DNA of 64,000 nucleotides from Marsupella aquatica (lineage: Eukaryota; Plantae; Marchantiophyta): positions 20,781,292-20,845,291 of the forward strand of contig OZ316898.1 in assembly GCA_973895155.1 (NCBI GenBank), given 5' to 3'. The notes under the pieces were generated by a model that had not been told where the DNA came from, ran no database searches, and worked only from the letters and a program-made list of their open reading frames with translations. The position numbers and the translations under genes were made by a program. Of this stretch, positions 10,156-22,470 are shown one piece after another; within the stretch, counting starts at the first letter, position 1, and every line of letters begins with the position of its first letter.

Positions 10156-13100
10156 CTACTTCACTCCCCTACCCTCACTAACATTGGTCATCCTGGTTGG
10201 AGTTATCGGAACTCTGTTCTGTGCCTTCAGCTTCCTCACTTCGGATTTTAAATCCAAAATTGATCGTTCCCTATCTTCCAGTTCTTGCGAAAGCTGATCG
10301 TTCTCTGCCCTCAACTGCTCGAGTTCCTTGGTCTGTTCAGTGATACTCTCCTCTCCAGTGCCCTGTAGCTTCACAGTGGCTTCTAACTCAACAATTTTCC
10401 GCTTATAGTTGTCTTCTGTGATTCTCCAACTCTCCGATACTTCATAGTGTTTTCGTCCGAGCTTCCCTAGTTGCTCCTCCAGTAGGGCTTGTTTTTTCAG
10501 ATCCTCCGTGGGGTCCCCTTTGGAATTCTTGACTGCGGTGGTTTGCTGGAGTTGGGTTTCCAGACCCTGGAGCTTTTTCTTCAATTCCTCCACCCTCTGG
10601 CGTTCCACTGCCCATTCCCTGGCTATTCTGCATTGCTTTGCTGCTTCATCCTTGAGTTGCGATTGCAATTCTTCTATTTCCTTGAGTTTCTCGTTATCCT
10701 CCTTTAGTTGTGAATTGATCTTTTGGCTATCTGCTTTGACTGTGGCTATGGCTGCTCCGATGGCCGTGACAACCTCCTGGTAATTTGTCGTTAGTCCCCC
10801 TGGACGTAACCCTTCTATCCCTAGGTAATCAGCCAATTCCTGCGTGGCTGCCTCCTCATGCCTCCAGCTTCTTCCTATGGTTGTCAGTCGATCCCTATCT
10901 GCTATTAGCTCTTTGTTACGATTTAGTAACTCCTTGATGGTCTCCTCGGCCTCCACTGCCCATTTATCTGCCTCCTCCTTCCCGGCTAAGTCCTCGGCGA
11001 TTTCTTCTTCTCGCTTGTTCCACTCCAAGTGTACTAGCGAACTCGTTATTCCCTGATAAATGGCTAATTGACTGGCAATTTGTCCGATCATGACTGTAAA
11101 GATGCTATCTTTTTGCATTGTGCTGATCTTCTCTTTCAATACTTCGATCCCCAGCTTCTCCCGTAATTGTTGTTCATCACCTTCTTTTACGGTTGAGAGG
11201 GCGTACTTGAGGTCGTCGTCATCAATGGGCGCTATCCTATAAGCCTTGGTTTCTGCTCGCATTTTGTCTTCCTCCGCTGGTTCTTGCCCCTCTGATTCTG
11301 ACTCCTTCTTGGTCGGGGTTGGATTGGTTTCTTTCCTCCTGGTGGTGCGCACTGGTGATGCGTCCCCCTCTTGCTCTTTGTTGGCTGCTTCCTCTTCTGG
11401 CAGGGTGCTCTTATGCTTCTTGGCTCCCTCACTCCTCGTCGGTTGGTAAATGGTAGCTGCTAATTCCGTTTTCCCCCCGTCTTCCCCTGTAAGCTGACTC
11501 TCGATTAGCACTTGGAGATGCGACTCGATCTCTACTGGCAGGTTGCTTTTACTGCTGATTAATCGTTTAGCTCGCTTGATGGCTGCATGGAACCCTTCGT
11601 GGAAAAAGGCCGACCAATCCTTTTGCTTCCCGTCTCCCTCCTCTACAATTTTAATCATAAATCGAGGATATTCTGATCTGGGCCTCTTCCAATGTAATGC
11701 ATGGGTTACAAATTCAAGCCTTTCCTTGATTTTCTCATTCGTGCAATGCTTGGTCGGATAGCCCCTGTTGTCGTCTACGTCCTTGTGTTGTGGAAATGTG
11801 GCAGGTTGCCAAGTTTTCCCCATCCGTTTCTTGATCTCTGCTCCTTGCTTTGGCAGTTTGAAAAGCTCCTAAAGCTTCCAAGGATTTGTCTTAATGACTT
11901 GGCCCCTACATATTCCTTGATTTTTGGTGGGTTTCCACGTGGTGATGAACTCGCTGTAGTCCTCTGCTTGTAGCTTCGTGGTTTGATTCCACTTTAGTTT
12001 CACGAATTTCTCCAATCCTTGTGTCTGTAGAAATTTCCTGTGTGCTTGTCCGCGCATAGTTTGCAATATCTGTGGCCCCATTCTCTCAAATTTCAACACA
12101 TGACTTGTTTCCCCTGGACTCGCCTTTGCGGCGCGCGTCGCCTTCCCGGTCCTACTTTTTGCTTCTTCTGCTGGTTCTTCTTCTTCTTCACTGTCGGATT
12201 CTTCCGGTTCTTCCTCCTCGGATTCGACTATTTTGCTCTTTCCCCTTACGGATCGCACCTCCCTCATCGTTGGCGGCTCAAGTTTAATCATTTTGGTTGT
12301 TCCCTTGCGGTTCCTCTTGGTCCTAGAAGGAGTTGTTTCCTCAATTATCGCTGTGGTGACCGCCGTGATCGCTTCCGTGGGATCCGGGTTGGCTAACAAT
12401 TCTGCCATGGTCAGCTTCCGTCTCCCTTCTCGTTGAAGTTCATTCAGCTGGTTTCCCTGTGGTTCTTCTGTCTGCTCGGCCGCTTGCTCCGTTGGTGCCT
12501 CGATTACTGATTCGGTTTGTGTCTCTAGGGTTGGCCCCTCGGCGGGCCCCTGCCCTTCCCTTTTGGCTGTAGTTTCCGAGAGATGGTCAGCCGTTGAAGG
12601 TCCCTGACTCACGATCTCTTGATCATCTTCGGGGTTGCTCCTTTCCCTTTCCGCTGACTCGGAAACTTCCAGCTCCATGCCCTCTGCTGTTGTCGGCCCT
12701 TCTCCCTCTGTGTGCGTGGGGGCTGGTGTCTCCTCCATCGCCGGGGTTTCGAGTAGTTTGCTGATAGTAACGCGCTTCCTCGGTTTATCGTCCTCAAACT
12801 CGTTTGATCGTTTCAGCTTCAAAGTCTTCATGCCCACCGGTAATGTGTAATGCCTATTACCAACCCTCGACCATTCGAATTTCACCTCGCGCTGATAGCC
12901 ACTCCACTCGGGGTTCTCTCGTAATCTCCTTGCCAGTCGGAAATAGGGTTTTTGGTTTAACAATTCTTTTGCGGATGATGGTGCTCGCCCTTTGGATTCT
13001 AGTGTATCCTGAACCTCTAGTATAACATGTAATTTTCCCATGGAGTAGTCCTCAATACATGGTATCGAGTTGGGTCTTATCAAAATCCGATCTGCAATCC

Positions 13101-13711
13101 ATGTGGAAAAGGGTCCGTGTGTACATCCTACGATTACTACTCTATAAGGAAACCTTCTCCTCCTCTCTTCCTGGCCTTTGGGTAATTTGTGCTTCCAATC
13201 GTGGATCTGAAAGATTTCAGATAGGTCCTCCTCCGTTAGAACCACTGACTTGATTTGACCTGATTCCGTTGGTTCGTTTGATGGAATGGTTCCGTTCACG
13301 TAATCCTCTAACGGGTACCCCTTGATCGTTAGTTCTCGTCCTTGTTCATTGGTGCTTTCTTCTCATCGTAGTGTGTCACGTGTGGTGGTTGCAACTAGCT
13401 TCTTTGCGTGTGCTAAGGGTCGTTCCTTGTTCTTGGCGGTGAGTGCCCCTCTGGTGGCTTCCGTAGATGCTTGATCGGGGGTCACGCCGATACAGGCTAC
13501 CATTCTAGTGGGTAGCTCGTACCCTTCTCCATCCGCTTGATTCTCGTTAGGTGGTGCTGTCGGTAGTTGATAGCTGTCGTCGTCCTCGTTGAGCGCCGGT
13601 ACCGTATCGGAGTCGTTGCTGACTTTGCTTTCCCTTGGATAGTCGTTAACCGTATCCTCTACTTCTCGTAAGTACACGTCATTCCTTATGTGGTATGACT
13701 TCATCTTATTC
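10156..13711 (-). pseudogene. Long accessory frame 3' of integrase: acidic low-complexity region, plant-transposon-protein-like domain, C-terminal coiled coil
   Basis: ORFs 13363-13803, 11869-13299 and 10156-11823 share one frame, separated by a single TGA (13365-13363) and a single TAG (11871-11869). It contains the motif EF.....GICRGQVIK....L.ELFKLP..G and heptad-rich E/K/Q/L sequence. Confidence 0.7.
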
Positions 13712-16700
13712 CGTTCACCCGCTGTTGCTCGCTCCCATCCTGGTTGGTAATTTTGAAGGTTCCGTTTCCCCACGCCTTGAGGACGGTAAAGGGTCCTTCC
13801 CATTTAAGTCTCAACTTTCCTTTTTTTATTCGTGCCCGCTTTCGGCACCACAGTACTAATTCCCCGTCCGTGAACGTGGTTACCTCCCGTTGATCGTCTA
13901 TTCGTCGCTTGCGTTGTCCTTGTACATACTCTAATCGCTCTTTGGCCCTTCTCCGGGTTTCGGTAACCTCCAATAGTGCTTTTAACCGTCTAGTTAAACA
14001 CAGGTTCTGATTTATGTCGTATCCCGCTGCGATTTGCAAATTGGGTAATTCGTAGTCTGTCGGCATACGGGCCTCAACTCCAAACATTAATTGAAAAGGG
14101 GTGTGGCCCGTGGTTACCTTATATGCCGTGCGGAATGCCCATACTGCCGCCGGCAGCTGAACGTCCCAATCGTTTTACTGTTCGTTAACCACTTTCCGTA
14201 AAACGTTGAGTAAGACTTTGTTTGTTGACTCTGCTTGCCCGTTACACTGAGGGTAATAGGGAGTCGAAAACCGATGGCTTATATGGTAATTATCCGTCAG
14301 TTCCTGGATAACCTTGTTCAAAAAATGTGAACCTTGATCGCTCACTAGCTCACCTGGTAATCCGTATCTCGTGATGATGTTCTGGTACAAGAACTTGGAT
14401 GTTACTCGGCAGTGTTCTCCCGAGTTGCGACTACTTCCACCCATTTTGTGGTATATTCTGTTGCTGCTAAAATATACTGGTTCTGACTATATCTGGAAGA
14501 TGGAGTGATGGGTCCTATGAAATCTAGTCCCCATTTCTGAAAAATATAAGGGGCGATTATAGGCCTGAACTCCATGTTTTCCTTTATAGGTCCTGTACGC
14601 TGACACAGGTCGCAAGTTTTTACAAACTCCCGAGTGTCTTTATGGACAGTTGCCCACCAACGTCCTTGCTGAAGAATCTTCCTCAGGGTGATCTCGGTGC
14701 CGAAATGTCCCCCTCCTAGTCCTTCATGTGCCGCGATTAAGGCTTCTGGCCGTTCTTCCTCCGGAACTACTCTACATAGTATGTCATCGGGCGGCCCCTG
14801 GTAATAAAGCACGTGGTTGATCAAGGTGTAGGGCCTTGCCTTATAGGCGTAGACCTTCCTTTCCTTACTGGACAACCCCTCGGGGAATACCGCTGTGCGT
14901 AAATACCTTTCTAATGCTGGTTTGTCATCCAAGGTCACTAGATTTACAGGATGCCTTTCCTTGGCGTCTTGAAATAGCTCCATATCCGGTAATTGATCGT
15001 CTTCTTCCTTGCCTGTCTCTCCTGATTCGAGTCTACTCAAATAATCGGGTATGACATGGGTTTTCCTGGGTTTATAAATGGTGGTGTAATCAAACTCAGC
15101 TAATAACAAAATCCATCTTGCAATTCGGCCCGACAGCTGTGGTTTGTTTACTAAGTTGACCAAGGCATTATGATCTACATAGAATATGAATCGATTCCCA
15201 AGTAAATAATGCCTAAATTTCTTTACTGCAAATATCATGGCTAATGCTTCCCTCTCAGTCGTGGTGTAGTTCCTTTCATGCACGTTTAACAGCCTACTGG
15301 CATAGTATACTGGTAAATCGATACCTTGTTCTCCCTTCTGTGCTAACACTGCCCCCACCGCCACTAGAGAAGCATCTGTATGTAGATGGAACTCCCTCTT
15401 CCAATCTGGCTCCTTGAGTATGGGTGCATGGCACAACCGGTCCTTGATTTCTTCAAATGCTTTCTGACAGTCGTCGTCCCAAGTGAACGTTTGATGGTTA
15501 CCCGTTAATCGTGCCAACGGGGCACTGATTTGGGAGTAACTTTTGATGTAACGACGATAGAAACCTCCACTTCCCAGGAACCTTCTGACTTGAGTTGCAC
15601 TATTGGGGACTGGCATCTCTTTAATGATTTTTATCTTATCTGGGTCTAGTAACAAGCCCTGTTTACAAACTATGTGTCCTAATATCTTGCCCGATGGTAC
15701 AAAGAAGGTGCACTTATCAGGGTTCAGGCTGACTCCCCCTTCCCTACATCTTAAGAGGCATAATCTGAGATGACCTATATGTTGCTCTTCCTCTCCGTAT
15801 ATGGTGAAGTCATCTAGGAAGATTTGCATAAATTGATTCAAATACTCATGAAATAACATCATCATTAATCGTTGGAATGTACTAGGCCCATTGCATAATC
15901 CAAAGGGTAATACGAGACACTGGAAAGCGCCCCATTCCGTAATGAAAGTGGTCAGCTCCCTTGCTTCTGTTGCTAACCGGACCTGACTGTACCCGCTGTA
16001 CCCATCTAAAAATGAATAAGCTGACTTTCCTGCTACCACATCCAGAACTGCTTCTAGAAAGGGTACCGGAAAAGGGTCTTTTATGGTCGCTGCGTTTAAT
16101 TTTCTGAAATCAATGCAGACTCTTAACTTCCCATTTTTCTTAGGTACTACGACTATCGGGGATAGCCACGTATAACGCTTAACAGGTTCAATGAATTTGG
16201 CATCAAGGAGCCTTTGGATTTCTTCTTTTACCTTTTCTGCATAGTTGGGGTTCATCCTATATTGTTGTGTCTGCACCGGTACTGATCCTGGTACAAGTCG
16301 GATTTGATGTACGCCAATTGACTCTGGAACTCCCTTTAACTCCGTGTAATCCCAGGCAAAAACATCTCGGAATTCGGCGAGTAGGGTAACAAGTTCCTCT
16401 TTGAGCTCGGGGGAAAGGTGTTTCCCTATCTTTACTTCTCGTGGTCGTTCAGTGTCACTCAAATCGACCTTCTGAATGTGCTCTTCCTCGGTGGCACTCC
16501 ATCCCACCACCTTCTCTGCTAGATCCTGCAAGGTGGTCTGTGCTTCTTCCTCCTTTAATGAGCACTCCTGAATGCCTTGCGGGTCTATGTGTTTAAACAG
16601 ATCGTTTCGTAAATCATGATCCATTTTTTTTTTGGTCATTCCTTGCATCTTGTCGAGCTTGACTATTTCCATATCTGAAATTGGGACTAAGTCTGGACGG

Positions 16701-18814
16701 CATTTTAAATAAGTCTCTTCTTCATCCTCATTCAACCCCTCTGCCCAGTTCAAGGTACAGACTCTGGCCATAGGTGGTACACCGTCCTCGATAGCCTTGG
16801 TTCTGATCTTGAAAGTCTCTCCTCCGTGTTCTATTTTTATATAATCCTTCTCTTCCCCCCAATGTTGTTTTACTTTGGCTTGTCTTAGCCAAGGTCGTCC
16901 TAACAACATGGGTTGTCCTCGGGTGGAATCTGCTTCTCTCAAAACTACCACTCCTAAATTGTACTTGATGCCTGAAATCAGCATTGGTAAGTCTGGCACG
17001 TAACCTAGTGGGTGACAGCTGCTTTGATCGGCCATTATTAAATTAAAAGGGGCTGGTAAGAGTTTGACTCTGCCTAGCAGTTTGTAGGTCTGCTCACTCA
17101 TGAGGTTTACGGCTGACCCTCCATCCAGCAATACGTTCTTTAGTTTGATGCCCCTAAGGCTGATCTGTACTACGGCTCCTTTGTCGATTAGGGGAATCTT
17201 CCCAGCTTGGTACAATGGTACTCCGGGTAATGTGGTAGGACTAATTCTGCCCCCCAACCGTCTCATTACTGCTTCCTTGCACTGTGGTGCTAACTGGAAC
17301 AGTTCCCCGACAGTGATGTCGACTCTGGTCTTCGCGATGAGTTGCACTAGCTTATCCACTATTCACTGGTTTGCTTCGGCAGGGTTATTCGGTGGTTCTT
17401 CGTCTCATGGGAGTTGTCCCGTTTCTTGATCGAATCCCCCCATCGTCACTCCCTCCTCTAGAATTTCCGTATCTGTCTTTGCGTAAGGTTCTGAACGCAT
17501 TAATCGTTCAGGTCGTGGCAAGGTCTCGTTCCGCTGTTTGTGGCGAATTTCATCCGCCATTTCTCGGGTGGTTGCATCCATTTGGCTCCAATCGAATCCT
17601 CCCTCCGTCTCCGGGGAATTGGTTTGGGTTGAGTTCTCTGGCTGCCCTTGAGATCTTGTCACCACGTATGTTGACACCTGCACAGTATTCACAGGTGCTG
17701 GGGCTTTCCCCGCTATTTCTTCTTTTTCTTTCATGTGCTTCATCCATAATTCACAATCGGGCCCCCTGATGTGGCCAGTTAGTCGACAGTAATAGCAAAT
17801 CGGTGGGTATTTAGTACCACCATCCTTATAGGGCCTTCGGTTTGCATTACGATCCGGATTGTAATATCCCTGACTACTCTCCATCCTATCCCCATCTTGT
17901 TTGCTTGTTCCTACCTGATTTACACCTAGGCTAGGTTTCTTTTTAAAAGGATTCTGGTTGCATTCCTGAGTAGTATGTCCAGGCCTCATATGTATTTCAC
18001 AGAATTTACGAGTACTAAGCTCACCTCGCTCTCGGTTTTCCTTGACTTCTACCTTAGAAGGTTCTGTTTTTCGGTTAACCCTCTCTTCATCCTTATTGCT
18101 CTCGTTCTTTTCCTGGTTAAGCATTTGAGTAATGCCTTCTAGCCGTATTAATCTTTTCTCGTATTCGTCAGCATTAGAAGTGGGATTTTGTTCTACCACT
18201 GTGACTAGACTTCCCTTCACAGCCTTTCTCATCCAGCTAATTCGTTGCCCGTCGGACGGTTTGTTAGTTAATCGCCTCATTGTTACCTTTAACCGTCCAA
18301 TATAGTTCTGTACTGGTTCTCCTTTCTTCAGAGTCATGTTTTGCAGAATGCTATACAAATCAGATTCTTCCTTAGCCCTTCTGTAATGATCTAAGAATTC
18401 TTTTGAAAACTCAGGCCAAGTTTTGAAATGGTCAGCTGGGTATTGAGTGTACCATACAAAAGCCTCCTTGTCCAGTGAGCTGGGAAATAGCTCTAATCAG
18501 GCTGTGTCGTTCTGTTCGTGGTTAGCTCTGAGCATTTCTTCGAAATGTGCTAAGTGGGTATCGGCATCTTCATCAGGTGCTCCCTTGAACATGGGTATTT
18601 TAACCCTTCTGGTAGGAGTCGATCTCGAACTAATGCCAACTCCTTGGTGGGTTTTAAGTCGTTCCATGGCTTCTTCCAGGGGTTCTTCGACCTTATCTTG
18701 AGCCCTTGAAGTCTCAATTCGTTCTTCGACCTCAAGTCTGAGTCTGCTTTCTTGGAAAGGTTCGAACTCCTCTGCCATTTCCCCTTCGTTAGGATTGATG
18801 GGCGTCTTGCCCAT
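13701..18814 (-). pseudogene. gag-pol polyprotein (Retrotrans_gag, two Zn knuckles, protease, RT, RNase H, integrase) with premature stops and two 1-nt frameshifts
   Basis: LFPSSL..EAFVWY gag; CEIH....H....C and CYYC....H.....C; LLDGGS; [12 protein letters not shown]; HTDAS; HEG..GGHF..CDLC; WGLDF, SDQG, QAES. TGA at 18497, 17405 and 17363, TAA at 14175, frameshifts near 14405 and 13710. Confidence 0.93.
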
Positions 18815-19036
18815 TTATCTTCTGGGTTAGCAAAGCCTTTTCTCTGCCTTCAAGCAATATACTCAACGATCAGGTCTTTCTTTACAAGGGTGATGTCAAG
18901 ATCTTATTACTCGTTACTTTTCACAAAAATGGAGACCTTCTACTGTCTCCTTTACTTGACTAATGCTATAACTTTTGTTAATCAGTTCCTCTCTCTCCTT
19001 TGCTCAACTGCGGCTATGCCCTCTGCGAAATGACTC

Positions 19037-19351
19037 CTATTCGCTTAAACTAGGAGTGCAGGCTTCTGGAGCCATGAGTTCCTCGTTAAAGCACATCGTT
19101 AATAACTGGTTTAACATAGAAAACTCAAAACTGTCATGTTGACTCCACATCATACATCTTGGGCAAGCTCCTGCGGTTTCCTCTAGTTTAGAACTTAATT
19201 TCCTAGCGATTCTGCCTATCTGGAATGCTATCACAACCGGGTACTCATTTCGATTCCAATGACACCATTCTAAGAGTTTTCTAAGGTCCTCCTTTCTCTT
19301 GGGTAGGCGGTACTGCGTGTAGCCTTGAGGTAATCGATCACTTGGTGGCAT
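19037..19351 (-). CDS. Small leader ORF B (104 aa, CPRC motif), unknown function
   Basis: ATG-initiated ORF between PBS and gag; overlaps ORF A by 14 nt. Confidence 0.35.
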   Translation of the reverse strand: MPPSDRLPQGYTQYRLPKRKEDLRKLLEWCHWNRNEYPVVIAFQIGRIARKLSSKLEETAGACPRCMMWSQHDSFEFSMLNQLLTMCFNEELMAPEACTPSLSE

Positions 19352-19619
19352 GGTTGCTGCTGTAAACGCTGCTCCGAACAGAGGATTGCAAATGAATTGC
19401 TCGCCTCCTCACGTTCCAGGTTCCTCCATGCGTTTCTCGAAGTACCAACTCTGTGTGTGTGGGCGTGGTGTAAGCAATTATCATAACATCGCCTTCTCGT
19501 GCCCTACTTCTCCCGCTGGCTAGTATCAAGTGCTCTTTCTCGTTCAGTGTTGCTATGATTGCTGCTTCGGCATCCTTCTCAAAATAGAACATCGTCCAGA
19601 ACTCCTTCGGCGAGTTCAT
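19338..19619 (-). CDS. Small leader ORF A (93 aa), unknown function
   Basis: ATG-initiated sense ORF about 100 nt downstream of the PBS, with globular-looking composition. Confidence 0.35.
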   Translation of the reverse strand: MNSPKEFWTMFYFEKDAEAAIIATLNEKEHLILASGRSRAREGDVMIIAYTTPTHTELVLRETHGGTWNVRRRAIHLQSSVRSSVYSSNHATK

Positions 19620-19715
19620 GTCACCCGTTCGCCTTTCTGGATTTGCGCGTTTCTCTCTTGGTTCGGACTGCTGGTCGTAGCAGTTGCTCCTCTTTTGGAA
19701 CCCTCAACGAGGCGT

Positions 19716-19733
19716 TCCCCAGTATGGTCGCCA
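19716..19733 (-). other. Primer-binding site, probably tRNA-Arg
   Basis: Minus-strand TGGCGACCATACTGGGGA follows the LTR end and a T-run; it resembles the tRNA-Arg PBS (TGGCGAC....CTGGGGA) of Tat/Ogre-type elements. Confidence 0.7.
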
Positions 19734-19739
19734 AAAAAA

Positions 19740-21602
19740 TGTTAAACGCCAACTTTGACCTTGCGATTAATGGCCGTTTAACTACCTTCTCCTCAGTAAT
19801 CTCGTTTAAACGATTAACCGACCTTCGAGAGGCGGCACTCCTATCTCGACACAGTCCCCGTAAGTGAATCCGACCAAGTGCTCTTGAATGTCGAGTTCTG
19901 TCTTCCACTTCTTAGGCACTTCAGCCTCGGCCAACACTAACCCCTCTCTATACACAATCTCAATTATGAACCCACACCACTCGCGGTAAGTGATCAAGCA
20001 AATCAGAATGTTCTCGTATAGTGACTGACGGGAAATAAGATGGGTGCCGATAGAACAGATCCACAGTTCCAGTGATCTTAAGGTAATCAAGGAGCAAGAC
20101 TTGTCGTCACTGCTGTCTGCGTTCATGGTTTTTAGTAGCCGTGACCTGATTAAGTCCGGCTGTCCTTTGAATCAGCCTGCCTGGCAATTGATTTCCGGAT
20201 TGTGTGGGTGACTATGACAGGGTTACCCTAAGCAAGTACCCCAGTATCATGTTTACCCTTGTATGATGGAGGTGTATGACGACCAGTGTATCGCCTTCAA
20301 AACACACTATCTCCAACCAGACACCGCTTCTCACTAGCTGTCTGTTCAACCTATACCTTGAGGCGCTGGCCCGTAAGGTTCTGGTTCGCAATGAGACGAT
20401 ATTCATTCATCGTTGCGATTAACGAGTAACGACTTGCTGCATAAGGCAAATTCCTTCTCTCTCTCTCTCTCTCTGATTCGAAGTTCTCATTCACTGCTCA
20501 AATGTGGACTTCACTCTGTTGCATTCATTCCAAGCTCTCTCTTTATACTCAAAGACTACTCAACTGAGTAGGGACACTATTACAAAATTGCTGGCATTCC
20601 TAAGGTGAGCGGAGCCCTACCTTGCCCCAGACTTCTAGCAAAAAGTGACACCGTGACTAGTACTTCAAAGCCCCTAAATACCTTTACCCCGCGTCTATCT
20701 TCGCCCGAGGCCTCTACTACTTCTTGGGGTGCGCTGATTACAGTTGGGCGACTCGCGCCTCCTCTTTGGTCTCCTCCGCTCATTCACCAAGAACGCTAAC
20801 TAATGCCTACCAGAACGATGAGTGGAAGCCAAGAACTGCTGATTACTATGTCAAGAAGTTCTGTCTTCCTGGTTACTGAACTGTGCAACGGCCTCCTCGA
20901 TTCCCTTTGGTTGCGCCTGATCCGGAAGCTTCCGGACTCCCGATTGTTAATCTTGCCATATGTGCCTCGACCTCTTGACTTCTGTCATCTTCCTTGGGGT
21001 TGCTCGGTTCGCCGGCCATGATTACTTGTTTGGCGGTGATTAATCGCCACGTAATCCGCTGATCGTGGCTGTTCTCTCGTCTTAGCAGCAGATTCCATTT
21101 CTTCCGCATGACCTTTCTGCAGAGTTCCTCGATGGCCTCGCCAGTGGTGAATCGTTGGCGGAACTCTTCGCCCTTCATTCCGAACAATTGTTGCCCAGCC
21201 GCATCCCATACACGACAGCTTCCTTCTTTGATCCGAATAGTGAACATGAACATAGGCACTCCTTCGCCTAGCGACTTACACTCATGAGCTAACCGATTCC
21301 TGCTAACGGGGGTTCTTATATCCACCCCCCTTGCCTTTTCTGTCGAGCTCTTGTGCCTAAGGCACATACTCTGCCATCTGCTAGTAGGCCATCGCAGCCT
21401 TCATAGCAGAACTCGACTCCTACACGACCGTTAATCGAGATGATCGTCGCCTCCCCTACTTCCAGCCTTTCTGTCATCTCAACAAAATGAATAACCGCTG
21501 GTCCTTGCTTACTACTTCCTAAATACTCTTGGTTGACCTCTAGTTGACACTTCTAAACCTAAAAAAACTAAAATATCGTCGGTGTAATTTTTATCGTTTA
21601 CA
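19740..21602 (-). repeat. 5' LTR (1863 bp)
   Basis: Near-identical to 8218-10078; TATAAA on the minus strand at 20547-20542. Confidence 0.97.
20873..21477 (-). CDS. Second copy of the LTR-encoded RPA70-C-like OB-fold gene
   Basis: Same two-frame arrangement as 9349-9953; one V/M difference in the 164-aa ORF. Confidence 0.6.
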
Positions 21603-22269
21603 GTATGTCCTAATTACTTCAACTCTGTTGTTTTCAACAAACAATGAGCTACTGCAGGATTTATGCAATTTGTTGCAGCTTCAATGTCCATGGACATAAG
21701 AGCAATAGATTGTCCAAATCATGGAGAATGACATTGATCACTGTAAGTGGAATCGGGAAGTGGATTTCAGAGCTAGTTTAGTATTGATCTTGTCTACAGA
21801 CGAGTACATGTCACCGATCAACATGGTTGCTATCAATTTGGACAGTGGGACACAAAATCAATTTCCATCAGTATCTGACTTTGACTATGCTTGTCTGAAT
21901 CTATTTGGCTCCTATCATAGTGAACCTTTCACCCTATTTTGATACCCAAGAGACCTTGAACATGGACTTTGGGTCAAGCTTAGTTTGTGATACATGACAA
22001 AGGCAACAATGCATATGCCTCACATCCATACACACAACTTTGTCTAATCAACCTTTTTCTTATACCACATCTTAAAAGGAGTATTAAAACCAATGTTGCC
22101 AATAGGAGACAATGTTAGCACATAATCTAGAGTGTTGACATCTTTAGCTTAAAAATCCAAAAAAGACTTGTTTGACTCAACATACTCCTTTATCGTTCCA
22201 ACAATGTTGTAAAATCTCTCACACGTACATACCATTCCAGTAAAGATAGGGATTGGTTAAATGAAGGGT

Positions 22270-22470
22270 AACTCTCACAATAGAGGTGAAACTCATTCGA
22301 GATGTACTCACGTCCATTGTCAGACCATAGATAATTCACCTCCTTACTTGTCTGAGTCTCCACCTGCATTTTATGCTTCTTGAAGATTGAGAACACCTCA
22401 AAGTTCTCATGCATGGATAACACTTAGACCATCCTTGAAAAATCATCAATAAATGAAACAAAATACATCA
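22270..22470 (-). mobile_element. Ty1/copia integrase remnant
   Basis: YFVSFIDDFSR...FSIFKK...VETQT...WSDNGREYISNEF. Confidence 0.8.

Larger units (their letters stand above)
8218..21602 (-). mobile_element. Full-length non-chromovirus Ty3/gypsy LTR retrotransposon (Athila/Tat/Phygy-like), 13,385 bp
   Basis: Two ~99% identical LTRs with TG...CA ends; 5-bp TSD GTATG at 8213-8217 and 21603-21607; PBS, PPT and gag-PR-RT-RH-IN on the minus strand. Confidence 0.97.

Noticed and set aside
10156-13299. Envelope (env) gene
   Set aside because: No signal peptide or transmembrane segment is visible; the protein is highly charged and coiled-coil.
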